Origin: Octopus bimaculoides
Taxonomy: Eukaryota
DNA: 62,773 nt
Direction: 5' to 3'
Assembly: GCF_001194135.2 (NCBI RefSeq)
Contig: NC_068997.1
Span: 52,963,996 to 53,026,768 of the forward strand
Of this stretch, positions 11,864 to 25,712 are shown piece by piece. The translations under genes were made by a program, and so were the position numbers. The notes beneath the pieces were generated by a model. It did no database searches. It was not told where the DNA came from and saw only the letters and a list, made by a program, of their open reading frames with translations. How positions within the stretch are numbered: the first letter of the stretch is position 1; the number at the start of each line of letters is the position of its first letter.

Positions 11864-12899
11864 AGAGAATCGATAAGAAAATAATAATTTTTATTATGTA
11901 AACTTCTATTGATTCTATTATGCCATATTATATTATATTATCGACCACATATATTTGCTGTAATCACTATGTTTTGATATTTACAATATATTAGTCGCGT
12001 CTAATTCCGATAAACACATGCGTATACATTCATACATACATATATACATAGACATATATGCATATATGCATACAACTGTGTATATCTATCTATCTAACAT
12101 ATACATATATATATACTTACATATATATATGTATATATATGTATATATATACATACATATATGTATNNNNNNNNNNNNNNNNNNNNNNNNNNNNNNNNNN
12201 NNNNNNNNNNNNNNNNNNNNNNNNNNNNNNNNNNNNNNNNNNNNNNNNNNNNNNNNNNNNNNNNNNATATATATATATATATATATGTGTGTGTATATAT
12301 ATATTGATATATATATTAAAATTCATATACATATACATATATATACATATACATACATACATGTATACATACATACATACATACATATACATATATATAT
12401 GTATACTTATATATATATATGCATTTGTATAAATTCATATTATATATATACATACATGCACACACACATATATACATACATGTATACATTTGTATATGCC
12501 CATATCATACGCACTCATACAGACACACACACACACACACACACGCACATATATACATTCATATGGCATATTTCATATCATGGTTATAATGATATACGTA
12601 TATGCTTCTCCCCTGAATGTTTGTATGTATGCATCCATCTCTCCGCGTTCGATCCTGCAAACGGTCTTCTATTTGTATTCATGGAATTGTGTACGTCCGT
12701 ATGAATGTGAGTCAATATGTATGATAAGATATGAACATGCCTGCATTTGTTGTGCGTGATGATTACTGTAATCCAGTGTAATCCAGTCACCCTCCTAATC
12801 CACTCTTAGATCATCTGTTTCCACTCCGTCTTTCATTTCGATATAGATATATGTTTCGTGCGTGTGTGTTTGTGTGTGTGTATATATATATATATATAG

Positions 12900-12930
<31 letters not shown>

Positions 12931-13034
12931 GGTGTGTGTAAATATTTATGTATGTGTATATATATGTATATATATGCATGCATATATGCATACATATATG
13001 TATATATATACATATCTATCTATCTATCTATCTA

Positions 13035-13083
<49 letters not shown>

Positions 13084-13175
13084 ACAGACACACAGACACA
13101 CACATATATATATATGTAGGAATATATGATGTATACATATACAAATATATCTATATTTCTGTCTGTCTGTCTACC

Positions 13176-13225
<50 letters not shown>

Positions 13226-14009
13226 TGTATATATCTATGCTAAATGTATAATTAACTTCGTTATTCATTGTATATGCATATAGATATCTATACATATAAA
13301 CATATCTATTGCAGTGTGTGAGTGTATATATATATATATATATANNNNNNNNNNNNNNNNNNNNNNNNNNNNNNNNNNNNNNNNNNNNNNNNNNNNNNNN
13401 NNNNNNNNNNNNNNNNNNNNNNNNNNNNNNNNNNNNNNNNNNNNNNNNNNNNNNNNNNNNNNNNNNNNNNNNNNNNNNNNNNNNNNNNNNNNNNNNNNNN
13501 NNNNNNNNNNNNNNNNNNNNNNNNNNNNNNNNNNNNNNNNNNNNNNNNNNNNNNNNNNNNNNNNNNNNNNNNNNNNNNNNNNNNNNNNNNNNNNNNNNNN
13601 NNNNNNNNNNNNNNNNNNNNNNNNNNNNNNNNNNNNNNNNNNNNNNNNNNNNNNNNNNNNNNNNNNNNNNNNNNNNNNNNNNNNNNNNNNNNNNNNNNNN
13701 NNNNNNNNNNNNNNNNNNNNNNNNNNNNNNNNNNNNNNNNNNNNNNNNNNNNNNNNNNNNNNNNNNNNNNNNNNNNNNNNNNNNNNNNNNNNNNNNNNNN
13801 NNNNNNNNNNNNNNNNNNNNNNNNNNNNNNNNNNNNNNNNNNNNNNNNNNNNNNNNNNNNNNNNNNNNNNNNNNNNNNNNNNNNNNNNNNNNNNNNNNNN
13901 NNNNNNNNNNNNNNNNNNNNNNNNNNNNNNNNNNNNNNNNNNNNNNNNNNNATAAAAAGTTACAATACATAAATACATACATAGAAAATATACATTCAAG
14001 CATACATAG

Positions 14010-14043
<34 letters not shown>

Positions 14044-14280
14044 TTGGAAATGGATACGTGGCGTTCGATCATATAATAATATAAATAATATATAAATATA
14101 TATGCATACATACACATATATATGTATATACATATATTTGTATATACATGCATATATGGGCACAGGACATCACGGAACGTAAACAACATGAAATACGAAA
14201 ACAACATGAAATACAAGATACGGAATATATAGGGGTTCTTTTTATGTCTGTGTATTTAGCTCTCTCTCTATATATATACA

Positions 14281-14400
14281 TGAGGGCGGATGGTCTAGTG
14301 GCTGAGGTGTAACACTCTCGATCGTTTTATCGCTGTTTCATTTCCAAAATCCGGCAGCGCGTTGTTTTCTCCAGCAAGTCGCTTCGTCGCACTTCGTTCT
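14281..14400 (+). mobile_element. Degraded tRNA-like SINE head (family C-like)
   Basis: ggcggatggtctagtggctgagg A-box-like start, then gcgcgttgttttctccagcaagtcgctt. Confidence 0.35.
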
Positions 14401-14910
14401 GCAATCATTTCCACACCTGAGGTGTGGAACAATTGTACACCATTTTCAGGCAATGTCGTTTGATCACTATCCGCAAACCACTAATGCAGGCTTCTCAGCA
14501 AGTAACTGCAGAACCATCTTTCTGGGACTACGTGAGACTAACATCATATATACATAGCCATACATACACATATATACTAGCATACATACATACATGCATG
14601 TATACATATGTATATACATACACACATATATACACATATATTCATATATTCTCTGTTACACTTTCTCTGAATCTGTGTAGCGCTCGTTTACTCATTGCTT
14701 GCCATCAAGCCTTGCATGTTCACTCATTCTGCACCACTTATGATAACGCTCCCTGTATCCCGCTTTTACTCTTTCTCTCCCCCTCTCTTTCTATACGATA
14801 TCAAAGGTCACTAGAGAAATCAAACAATCAACGTTTATGCCGGTTGTAATCATGTAGAGATATCTATTATAATATTCAATATCGCTATAAAAATGTTATT
14901 TTAACTTTCA

Positions 14911-15103
14911 TCTTTTACTTGACTGCGGCCATGCTGGGGCACCACCATGAAGGGTTTTAGTCGAACAAATCGACCTCAGGACTTATTTTTTTAAAGCCTA
15001 GTACTAATTCTATCGGTCTCTTTTACCGAATCGTTAGGTTACGAGGATATAAATACACCAACACCGGTTGTGAAGCGGTGGTGGGGGACAAACAATGACA
15101 GAA

Positions 15104-15138
<35 letters not shown>

Positions 15139-15272
15139 CGATAGGCTTCTTTCGATTTCCATATACCAAATACACTCACAAGGCCTTGGTTGACCGCGGC
15201 TATAGTAGGAGACATTTGAGACTGAACTTGAAATCCTGTGGTTCGGAAGCAAATTTCTTACCATACAGCCAC
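14911..15272 (-). mobile_element. SINE family B, near full length, internal (CA)n
   Basis: Tail cttttacttgactgcggccatgctggggcacc through to head cttaccatacagccac. Confidence 0.85.
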
Positions 15273-16056
15273 AATCTGCACCTCCATATGTATTATGTTC
15301 CAGATGCCATTAAGGAAATCCATAAAAATATTATTCGGACGCATTTAATATTCGATTGATAACGTTAAATAATAATAAATATTAACACATATTCATTATT
15401 CTCTAGTTAAAGTTAAATAATACTGTGTAAATATTAACATGCGTATATATTTATTACTTTGTAGGTATCATTTAACAATGGCATAAAAATATTATCGGAC
15501 ACATAAATATATATTATTGCTTCAGATAATGCTAAATAACAGTATATAAATATTATTAAGCATATATTTATCATTCCCCGTTTAATGTTCAATAATATTA
15601 TTACTACTGCTATTACATTTATTATTCTCCAGATAATGGTCATTAAATATTCGTAATTGTCTATTTTATGAAAACAGCATGTCAATACATTTAGCTATTA
15701 GTTAGCTCTCCCTCCTTACACTTTTAAGTTGCTCTCTTTTAGTTTGATGTATTTATAATATTCAGGCTATCTTTTATGGGTATTGGTTGAATTAAGGGTG
15801 TTTGCTATATCAAAGGTGTTTATACTTTCAACTCCAGCAAATTAGTGTCAAAGTACTTCTAAATGCAATGTTTTTTCATTGTGTCGTGTTGTATTTCTCG
15901 TAGTTGTAATCTGGTCTTCCATTGGTTGGCTTTTAAAATTATAATGGAGGGAACTATCTTGGTAGCAATTAATTCAATTTTTTTTCTTCTTGTTATTAAA
16001 ATAAACTAAATGGATTGGAGCGAAATACATCATAGAGTCGTAATATCTTTATCTTA

Positions 16057-16468
16057 TTTTCTTTTACCGGCTTCATTCATTGAACAGCGGCCATAGTTGG
16101 GTACCACTTTAAAGGGTTTAGTCGAACAAATCGGCCCTGGTGCTAATTTTTTTAACCCTGTCACATATACTATTATTCTCTAAGTTTTGGGGACGTAAAC
16201 AAACTAACACCACTTGTCAAGCATGAGAGACAAACACAAAGAGCGCACTTACACAAAGACACAAAGACTTACACACATACATACACACGCACACCTACTT
16301 CTCCAACTCCCAACATACATATACAATAGGCTTCCGTATAGTTTTCGTCCACTAAATCCACTCACAAGACATTGGCCGACCCAAGGCCAGTGTCAAAGGT
16401 GCCACGCAGTAGGACCAAACCCGAATCCATATGGTTGCAAAACGAGCTTCTTAACCACACATTCACTC
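16057..16468 (-). mobile_element. SINE family B, diverged full-length copy
   Basis: gcggccatagttgggtaccac...gtcgaacaaatcg...aaatccactcacaagacattggccgacccaagg...ttaaccacacattcactcc. Confidence 0.75.
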
Positions 16469-16745
16469 CAGGAATTACAAAAAAAAAAAAAAAAAATTAA
16501 TTAAAAAAAGATCATATAACGTAGGGGAGCAAAAACATCTGTCGAATATGGCGAGTATGTGGCAATTGGAAATAAATGACACTTTTTCTCCGCTCGAAAG
16601 TCCGTCAGTATGTGAACAAATTTGAAGAGATAGAGGCTTTTATATATTCTGCCAGAAACCAGCGCCGGTAACAAGTATTGGCAAGCTGATAGCAATTAAA
16701 ACTGGTAAGTTAGTCGAAATAGTTATTAATATTTGGTAAGTGATT

Positions 16746-16964
16746 AGGCAGCGAGCTGGCAGAATCGTTAGCACGTCGGAGAAAATGCTTAGCAGTATTT
16801 CGTCCATCTTTACGTTCTGAGCTCAAATTTCACCGAGGTCGACTTTACCTTTTATTCTTTCGGGGTCGATAAAATAAGTACCAGTTGAGCACTGGGGGTC
16901 GATGTAATCGATTAAACCCCAACTCCCGGAAATTGCTGACCTAGTGACAAAGTTTGAAATCAAT
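16746..16964 (+). mobile_element. SINE family A, full length
   Basis: A-box gctggcagaatcgttag, B-box gagctcaaatttc, core gaggtcgactttacc...ggggtcgataaaataagtaccag. Confidence 0.9.
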
Positions 16965-16974
16965 ATTTGGTCGG

Positions 16975-17215
16975 TGAATGAAGGTTTGGATGATTAGTAA
17001 GCTGGTGTTAGTCATTAGAACTGGTAAGCTATTGGAGGTTTTCAAGATTGGCAATGAACAGAAGGTCTTCGGAATTGGTAAGCAAGTGATCGATTTCATA
17101 ATTTGAAAGATCCATCGGTCTGAGTAAATTATCGATTTCAGAAATATGAAGCGAAGGTCATCAGAATTGGTAAGCTAGGGGCGGTTTTCAGAAATGGAAA
17201 ACAAGTGAAGATCAT
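16975..17215. repeat. Degenerate ~26-bp tandem repeat (ttcagaattggtaagc...)
   Basis: Units ttagaactggtaagctattggaggtt, ttcggaattggtaagcaagtgatcgat and atcagaattggtaagctaggggcggtt; related units at 16715-16745. Confidence 0.6.
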
Positions 17216-17403
17216 TTTAAGGAAAAATGGAATCAATATTAAAAGTGATGTGATGTAAAAGTGGATGAACGGTCAGACTAAATGAGGAAAATTCGTGATT
17301 TGAACCTTGCATCTAAACATAACTATTCATGTCTGCCTCCCTCACATTTAACCTACATAAACTGACCAGGAGACACCATTCTTCATAACAGGATATACTA
17401 TCG

Positions 17404-17484
<81 letters not shown>

Positions 17485-17708
17485 CTGTCTGTCTGTCTGT
17501 CTGTCTTTCTATCTATATGGATATGTTTCAAAATTTCTCGTCTCCTATCTCTCCACGCACACACACACACACACACTGATAAAGCTTGGCAGCTTTATCT
17601 TTACCTAATTTCGGCTATTTTTAATCTAATTATCCCCGTCTCAAATTTGTCTCACTCTCACTCCCTCTCTCTCCTCCTTTCTCCCTGACTCTCTCCTTTA
17701 CACTCTCT

Positions 17709-17766
<58 letters not shown>

Positions 17767-18191
17767 NNNNNNNNNNNNNNNNNNNNNNNNNNNNNNNNNN
17801 NNNNNNNNNNNNNNNNNNNNNNNNNNNNNNNNNNNNNNNNNNNNNNNNNNNNNNNNNNNNNNNNNNNNNNNNNNNNNNNNNNNNNNNNNNNNNNNNNNNN
17901 NNNNNNNNNNNNNNNNNNNNNNNNNNNNNNNNNNNNNNNNNNNNNNNNNNNNNNNNNNNNNNNNNNNNNNNNNNNNNNNNNNNNNNNNNNNNNNNNNNNN
18001 NNNNNNNNNNNNNNNNNNNNNNNNNNNNNNNNNNNNNNNNNNNNNNNNNNNNNNNNNNNNNNNNNNNNNNNNNNNNNNNNNNNNNNNNNNNNNNNNNNNN
18101 NNNNNNNNNNNNNNNNNNNNNNNNNNNNNNNNNNNNNNNNNNNNNNNNNNNNNNNNNNNNNNNNNNNNNNNNNNNNNNNNNNNNNNNNNNN

Positions 18192-18237
<46 letters not shown>

Positions 18238-18594
18238 AGTACACGCATGCACACACACATCTATACTTGCATACATAGACACAAACATACAGACAAGACA
18301 TTCAGATATGTGATTACACACAACACACCCCAGCCCCTGCGCGCATACATATTTATCTTACTTTATATATACACACGCAAACACTATTTCTGTCTGTCTG
18401 ACTGTCTGTCTACACATTCACACACCCACATATACATACATACGTACATACATACACACATACACACATATGGTCAACGTCACTGATGATTGCTTTCTCC
18501 TCGTGTTTTGCTTTTCTGATTCTCCATCTATGACCACTCAAACCAGACCGTCTTAAATATATTTTAGATTACATTAGATACATGATGCTAAATA

Positions 18595-18700
18595 TTACAC
18601 GGGATGGCTGTGGCTGGAACTCTTCGAATGAGATATCTTTATCAGGACTGACCTGAGCAATGCACCCTCCCTCGACCACCACCAACAACCGGAAATGCAT
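18595..18700 (+). mobile_element. Family D fragment (3' part)
   Basis: acgggatggctgtggctggaactc...atcaggactgacctgagc followed by accaccaccaacaacc. Confidence 0.5.
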
Positions 18701-19167
18701 TTCCATATCAATAATTGTTATTCTATTTGACTTAGACCAGTAAAATTCTGCAGAAAAGTATGAACGCCAACCAATTCCTCTGGAAACCGCAGAAACATAA
18801 TGTCGGTCACATAGGAAGAACATTTTTTTCCCAAAGTTGTAACGATCACAAAGATTTATTTTCTATCGGATTCTTCCATCTTTTTCTCTTTTTTTTTACC
18901 TCTTTTATATTTGTATTTCACTTGATCAGTTCTTTCTTTCTTTCTTTCTTTCTTGCTTTCTTTCTTTCTTCTCTTCCTCACTGTATTTTTCTAATTTTCT
19001 TTCTTTAATCGATCTGGTCGTCCCCATTCTTTCTCGCTTTATCTATCCACCCATTTACCTGCCTATTGACTAAGCACTAACTTCCCTCCTTCCCTCCATC
19101 CCTCCTTTCCTCCCTCCCTACTCACCTACCTACCTACCTACCTACCTACCTACCTACCTACCTACTA

Positions 19168-19231
<64 letters not shown>

Positions 19232-19942
19232 GTTTGTCTGTCTATCTCTCTGCCTGTCTGTCTGTCTGCCTCGTCACATCCAACCAAACTCTTCATCTAA
19301 TAATCATAACTGTAATCAATCAATATCACAAATGATGGATGTACCCGCCTACATTTCTTGTCATCACCACCACCACCACCATCACCACCACCACCACCGC
19401 CGCCGTAACCCCCATACTCACTACGTTCACCGTCCCCACACAGCATTCGACATCGGCACAACTCCATCCTCTAACTGCCTCCAAAGCATACACACCCGAA
19501 CTTTCTTCACTTTAAAAGTAGTTTTACCCACAAATCTTCCCATCCACCTCTAACCACTCCTCGTACCACTCCACCTCGTCGTCGACCTCCCTCCTTCTTA
19601 CTATGTCGCCTTCTCCTACCCTCACTCCGTCACTCTGCTTTAGTTTGTCCTCATCTTCTGTTCTCCCCAGTTACAGCTGTGGTTCACATTGTGTGAAAGG
19701 GGTGCACCACACGCGTCCTTCCCAAGGGTGCGTATTTATATACGTCTACCCCCCCCCACACACACATGTATATACTCATATATATGTATATATATAAATA
19801 TATTCATATATACATGCACACATACATATATACATATTTATTTATATTCATACACACACACACACACATATATATATCAATATCAATCTATTTGTTCGCC
19901 TGTCTGTTTTCCGCCTTTCTGTCAGCCTGCCTGTCTGCTTGC

Positions 19943-19990
<48 letters not shown>

Positions 19991-20248
19991 AGATATAAGT
20001 ACATATGCACCCATACCTGAGAGGAGTATCCACGAGGTCGGCCACTTAGTAAAACGTAATATTTTCTAGGTATTTTCCTGCTGTCTGTGTCTCTTGCATA
20101 CACATCTATGCGCACAAATGAAAGGTGGCCAACAGGATAAAAATAACTGATTTAAATTCATGATATCTAAATTAATTTAAAATATTTGAAATTATTTTAC
20201 ATAATTCATTAGTGATGCAAAATGCCAAATGACTCAATATTATTTAAA

Positions 20249-20471
20249 AAGCGTCGAGCTGGCAGAAACGTTAGCACGCCGGGCGAAATGCTTTGCGGTA
20301 TTTCATCTGTCTTTACGTTCTGAGTTCAAATTCCGCCGAAGTCGACTTTGCTTTTCATCCTATCGGAGGGTGGCGTCGATAAATTAAGTACCAGTTGCGT
20401 ACTGGGATCGATCTAATCGAGTGGCCCCCTCCCCCAAAATTTCAGGCCTTGTGCCGAGAGTAGAAAAGAAT
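20249..20471 (+). mobile_element. SINE family A, full length, well preserved
   Basis: cgagctggcagaaacgttagcacgccgggcgaaatgc...gagttcaaattccgccgaagtcgactttgc...aaatttcaggccttgtgccgagagtagaaaag. Confidence 0.92.
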
Positions 20472-21243
20472 GTTATTTGAACACGAGAAATGGAGGCTGA
20501 GGGGTCCCCTTGTTGGACAAATATGTGAGGAGCCAGATGTTTAAGTGGTGTTTTGGCACAACATATTCATCTTTGAGGAAATTATCCTTTAACCAACTGC
20601 CATCGGCGATTGCTTAGAGTTGCACGGTACTTTAGGTAATCTCTTTGAGTACCATATCACTTAGAGTACCATTCTCTCTGTCAGTCTGTCTATCTGCCTG
20701 TCTATCCGTTAGAAAATTCATTTTGACGATCAACAATAGCAGCAATAATAATAATAATGATAATAATGATAATAATAACAACAGCAACAATAATAATAAT
20801 AATAATCACAACAATATTGATAATAGATGTATAACTTTTAATAAAATATATTGAATATACATAAATTACAATTGTTACGACTTTAATACAGTTTTGATGA
20901 GTTCAATCTTTTGTTCAGTGTTTTGGTTACATACAGAGATATACATACCTTACTATCATTATATGTAAATTAAAACATCTGCACGTGTATGGGGTTGAAT
21001 GAGTGTGTGTGTGGGTGCGTGTTGGAGGTGGGGTGGTGGCGTATATGGGTATGAGTGTATCCATGTTCAACAATATCTCACGTTCTAACTAGAATTGCCG
21101 CTGAAACAATTATCTCTCGAATATCACAAATATTTTGTTTTTGGAAAGATGTTTTTTTTTCCTAAATACACGTCATTACTGCTTTGTTTCCGTTCGTTTT
21201 TGCCTCTAAAATAATACATACATATCACTATACATACATATAT

Positions 21244-21310
<67 letters not shown>

Positions 21311-21586
21311 CATAAATAGATATATATCCATATATGTATGGTTACACATGTGTAAATATATATATGTGTATGTATACATGCATATATGTATATATATATG
21401 TATATATAACATACATATATAGATATATATACACACACATATATATATTTATATATACATACACATATACATACATATATAATGCATAGATTAATATATG
21501 CGCAAATTCTTTTCGATCATTATCTCTCTTCGTAGCAAAACGAATACATACATACATATATATGTATGTATATATATATATATATC

Positions 21587-21630
<44 letters not shown>

Positions 21631-22110
21631 NNNNNNNNNNNNNNNNNNNNNNNNNNNNNNNNNNNNNNNNNNNNNNNNNNNNNNNNNNNNNNNNNNNNNN
21701 NNNNNNNNNNNNNNNNNNNNNNNNNNNNNNNNNNNNNNNNNNNNNNNNNNNNNNNNNNNNNNNNNNNNNNNNNNNNNNNNNNNNNNNNNNNNNNNNNNNN
21801 NNNNNNNNNNNNNNNNNNNNNNNNNNNNNNNNNNNNNNNNNNNNNNNNNNNNNNNNNNNNNNNNNNNNNNNNNNNNNNNNNNNNNNNNNNNNNNNNNNNN
21901 NNNNNNNNNNNNNNNNNNNNNNNNNNNNNNNNNNNNNNNNNNNNNNNNNNNNNNNNNNNNNNNNNNNNNNNNNNNNNNNNNNNNNNNNNNNNNNNNNNNN
22001 NNNNNNNNNNNNNNNNNNNNNNNNNNNNNNNNNNNNNNNNNNNNNNNNNNNNNNNNNNNNNNNNNNNNNNNNNNNNNNNNNNNNNNNNNNNNNNNNNNNN
22101 NNNNNNNNNN

Positions 22111-22163
<53 letters not shown>

Positions 22164-22231
22164 CATATGCAAATTATTTACACATATTGTACATAAACAT
22201 ATGTGTGTGTGTGAGTGTGTATATGTACATA

Positions 22232-22268
<37 letters not shown>

Positions 22269-22440
22269 GTGTAACTACAAGTGTGTTTATGGTGTTTTTG
22301 TGGTGTGTATATATATTTGTATGTAGAATTAATTAGCGGTCTGTAAGAGGTGTGGGCGGATAATTATATCGAACAGCTAATGGTAATTACTTGTGAACAA
22401 AACCAATAGAACCGCTCAATAGATTGAGAAAATCTGGATT

Positions 22441-22472
<32 letters not shown>

Positions 22473-22619
22473 CGAGAGAGGGAGAGAGAAAGAGAGTGGA
22501 ATAGGAAAAGACAAAGAGAGAGAGAGAAAGAGAGAAAGAGAGAAAGAATTATTTACCGGACATGCTCGGATAATTTTGTCTTATCTGCCTCTATCTAACC
22601 GTTTGTTTCGTTTAGGGAT

Positions 22620-23019
22620 GTGTATGTATGTGTGTGTATGTGTGTATGTATGTGTGCATGTGTGTATGTATGTGTGCATGTGCGTGTGTGTGTCTGTGTA
22701 TGTATGTATGTGTGTATGCATGCATGTATGTATGTATATATGTATGCATGTATGTGTGTATGTGTGTGTATGGATGAGTATGTATGAGTGTATGTGTGCA
22801 TGTATGTATACATGCATGTATGTATACATGCATGTATGTATATGTGTGTATGTGTGTATGTACATATGTGTGCACATACATACATACATGTGTATGTATG
22901 TATGTGTGTATGCATGTTTGTGTAGGTGTGTATGTATGTACATATGTTTGCATGTCTGTACATACGTACATAAGTATGTATGCATGCATGCATGTACGTA
23001 TGTGTGTGTGTGCATATAT
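22620..23019. repeat. Compound (TG)/(TATG)/(TGCA) simple-sequence tract
   Basis: About 400 bp of mixed tgtatg/tgcatg units running into a gap. Confidence 0.9.
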
Positions 23020-23934
23020 NNNNNNNNNNNNNNNNNNNNNNNNNNNNNNNNNNNNNNNNNNNNNNNNNNNNNNNNNNNNNNNNNNNNNNNNNNNNNNNNN
23101 NNNNNNNNNNNNNNNNNNNNNNNNNNNNNNNNNNNNNNNNNNNNNNNNNNNNNNNNNNNNNNNNNNNNNNNNNNNNNNNNNNNNNNNNNNNNNNNNNNNN
23201 NNNNNNNNNNNNNNNNNNNNNNNNNNNNNNNNNNNNNNNNNNNNNNNNNNNNNNNNNNNNNNNNNNNNNNNNNNNNNNNNNNNNNNNNNNNNNNNNNNNN
23301 NNNNNNNNNNNNNNNNNNNNNNNNNNNNNNNNNNNNNNNNNNNNNNNNNNNNNNNNNNNNNNNNNNNNNNNNNNNNNNNNNNNNNNNNNNNNNNNNNNNN
23401 NNNNNNNNNNNNNNNNNNNNNNNNNNNNNNNNNNNNNNNNNNNNNNNNNNNNNNNNNNNNNNNNNNNNNNNNNNNNNNNNNNNNNNNNNNNNNNNNNNNN
23501 NNNNNNNNNNNNNNNNNNNNNNNNNNNNNNNNNNNNNNNNNNNNNNNNNNNNNNNNNNNNNNNNNNNNNNNNNNNNNNNNNNNNNNNNNNNNNNNNNNNN
23601 NNNNNNNNNNNNNNNNNNNNNNNNNNNNNNNNNNNNNNNNNNNNNNNNNNNNNNNNNNNNNNNNNNNNNNNNNNNNNNNNNNNNNNNNNNNNNNNNNNNN
23701 NNNNNNNNNNNNNNNNNNNNNNNNNNNNNNNNNNNNNNNNNNNNNNNNNNNNNNNNNNNNNNNNNNNNNNNNNNNNNNNNNNNNNNNNNNNNNNNNNNNN
23801 NNNNNNNNNNNNNNNNNNNNNNNNNNNNNNNNNNNNNNNNNNNNNNNNNNNNNNNNNNNNNNNNNNNNNNNNNNNNNNNNNNNNNNNNNNNNNNNNNNNN
23901 NNNNNNNNNNNNNNNNNNNNNNNNNNNNNNNNNN

Positions 23935-23982
<48 letters not shown>

Positions 23983-24362
23983 GTGTGTGTATGCAAATAC
24001 ATACCCATGCACATGTATTTCGTTGCATATACGATATTGTAAATCATCAGTCCATAATAATGATGGATAGACCGAATGATTGATGGGATATCTGTAGTTT
24101 GAGGACGAAAACATAAAATATACCGAATTGTATGGAGCGATGAAGAATGTCACCTACACTCCTTGCCATACATCACTCATACATACATGCATACGTACAT
24201 ATATATAGATACATATATATATACACACAGATATACATATACGGATATATATACACAGATATTCATATAGAAATATATATACACAGATATACATACACGC
24301 ACACACACACAGATATATGTATGTATATGCATATTTATATATGTATATAAATATACATACAT

Positions 24363-24526
24363 AGCGTAGGAGTGGGTGTGTGGTAAGTAGCTTGTTTACC
24401 AACCACATGGTTCCGGGTTCAGTCCCACTGCGTGTCACCTTGGGCAAGTATCTTCTACTATAGCCTCGGGCCAACCAAAGCATTTTGAGTGGGTTTCGTA
24501 GGGGGAACTTGAAAGAAGCCCGTCGC
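24363..24526 (+). mobile_element. SINE family B, 5' half, running into (TA)n and a gap
   Basis: ggagtgggtgtgtggtaagtagcttg...ggttccgggttcagtcccactgcgtgtcaccttgggcaag; A-box and B-box-like motifs. Confidence 0.9.
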
Positions 24527-25310
24527 ATATATATATATATANNNNNNNNNNNNNNNNNNNNNNNNNNNNNNNNNNNNNNNNNNNNNNNNNNNNNNNNNNN
24601 NNNNNNNNNNNNNNNNNNNNNNNNNNNNNNNNNNNNNNNNNNNNNNNNNNNNNNNNNNNNNNNNNNNNNNNNNNNNNNNNNNNNNNNNNNNNNNNNNNNN
24701 NNNNNNNNNNNNNNNNNNNNNNNNNNNNNNNNNNNNNNNNNNNNNNNNNNNNNNNNNNNNNNNNNNNNNNNNNNNNNNNNNNNNNNNNNNNNNNNNNNNN
24801 NNNNNNNNNNNNNNNNNNNNNNNNNNNNNNNNNNNNNNNNNNNNNNNNNNNNNNNNNNNNNNNNNNNNNNNNNNNNNNNNNNNNNNNNNNNNNNNNNNNN
24901 NNNNNNNNNNNNNNNNNNNNNNNNNNNNNNNNNNNNNNNNNNNNNNNNNNNNNNNNNNNNNNNNNNNNNNNNNNNNNNNNNNNNNNNNNNNNNNNNNNNN
25001 NNNNNNNNNNNNNNNNNNNNNNNNNNNNNNNNNNNNNNNNNNNNNNNNNNNNNNNNNNNNNNNNNNNNNNNNNNNNNNNNNNNNNNNNNNNNNNNNNNNN
25101 NNNNNNNNNNNNNNNNNNNNNNNNNNNNNNNNNNNNNNNNNNNNNNNNNNNNNNNNNNNNNNNNNNNNNNNNNNNNNNNNNNNNNNNNNNNNNNNNNNNN
25201 NNNNNNNNNNNNNNNNNNNNNNNNNNNNNNNNNNNNNNNNNNNNNNNNNNNNNNNNNNNNNNNNNNNNNNNNNNNNNNNNNNNNNNNNNNNNNNNNNNNN
25301 NNNNNNNNNN

Positions 25311-25492
25311 TTTAAAGCAAACATAATTTTCTTATGGTTTCTTAAACGTTCACTTGAACAAAACTGTACAAATCCAAATATATGGTACCCTAGGCATAAC
25401 ACCTACATGAACTTCTAACTTGTTGTCTCTTGAGGTCTCTGGGTGAGACTTGGATCCAACTTGTACAAATGCAAAACAAAAGTCAAACATAA

Positions 25493-25560
<68 letters not shown>
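25311..25560 (+). mobile_element. LINE 3' UTR (probably R4/Dong-like) with (AAT)n tail
   Basis: ...gaggtctctgggtgagacttggatccaacttgtacaaatgcaaaacaaaagtcaaacataaa(ataat)n; clade assignment from memory. Confidence 0.55.
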
Positions 25561-25579
25561 CATCGTAATATACTTTAGG

Positions 25580-25712
25580 AATGAGAACCCAATTTCGAAA
25601 TTTCCCCAAGACACCTGAAGAAGGCTGGAGGGTATATCAGCCGAAACGTGTTAACAACAAACAAGATGAGGACAAATATCCGCCAAATGTAAACAATGTA
25701 AATGATGTACAT
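25580..25712 (+). mobile_element. Penelope-like terminal repeat fragment carrying a hammerhead motif
   Basis: Hammerhead core at 25610-25652, followed by a short 9-bp tandem tail aatgtaaac/aatgtaaat/gatgtacat. Confidence 0.5.
25610..25652 (+). ncRNA. Type I minimal hammerhead ribozyme motif (probably inactive copy)
   Basis: gacac-CTGAAGA-a-GGCTG-gagggtatat-CAGCC-GAAAC-gtgtt: intact core, perfect 5-bp stem II, stem I gacac/gtgtt; no NUH triplet is left between GAAAC and stem I. Confidence 0.7.

Noticed and set aside
18569-18823. 84-aa minus-strand ORF
   Set aside because: Largely a family D fragment
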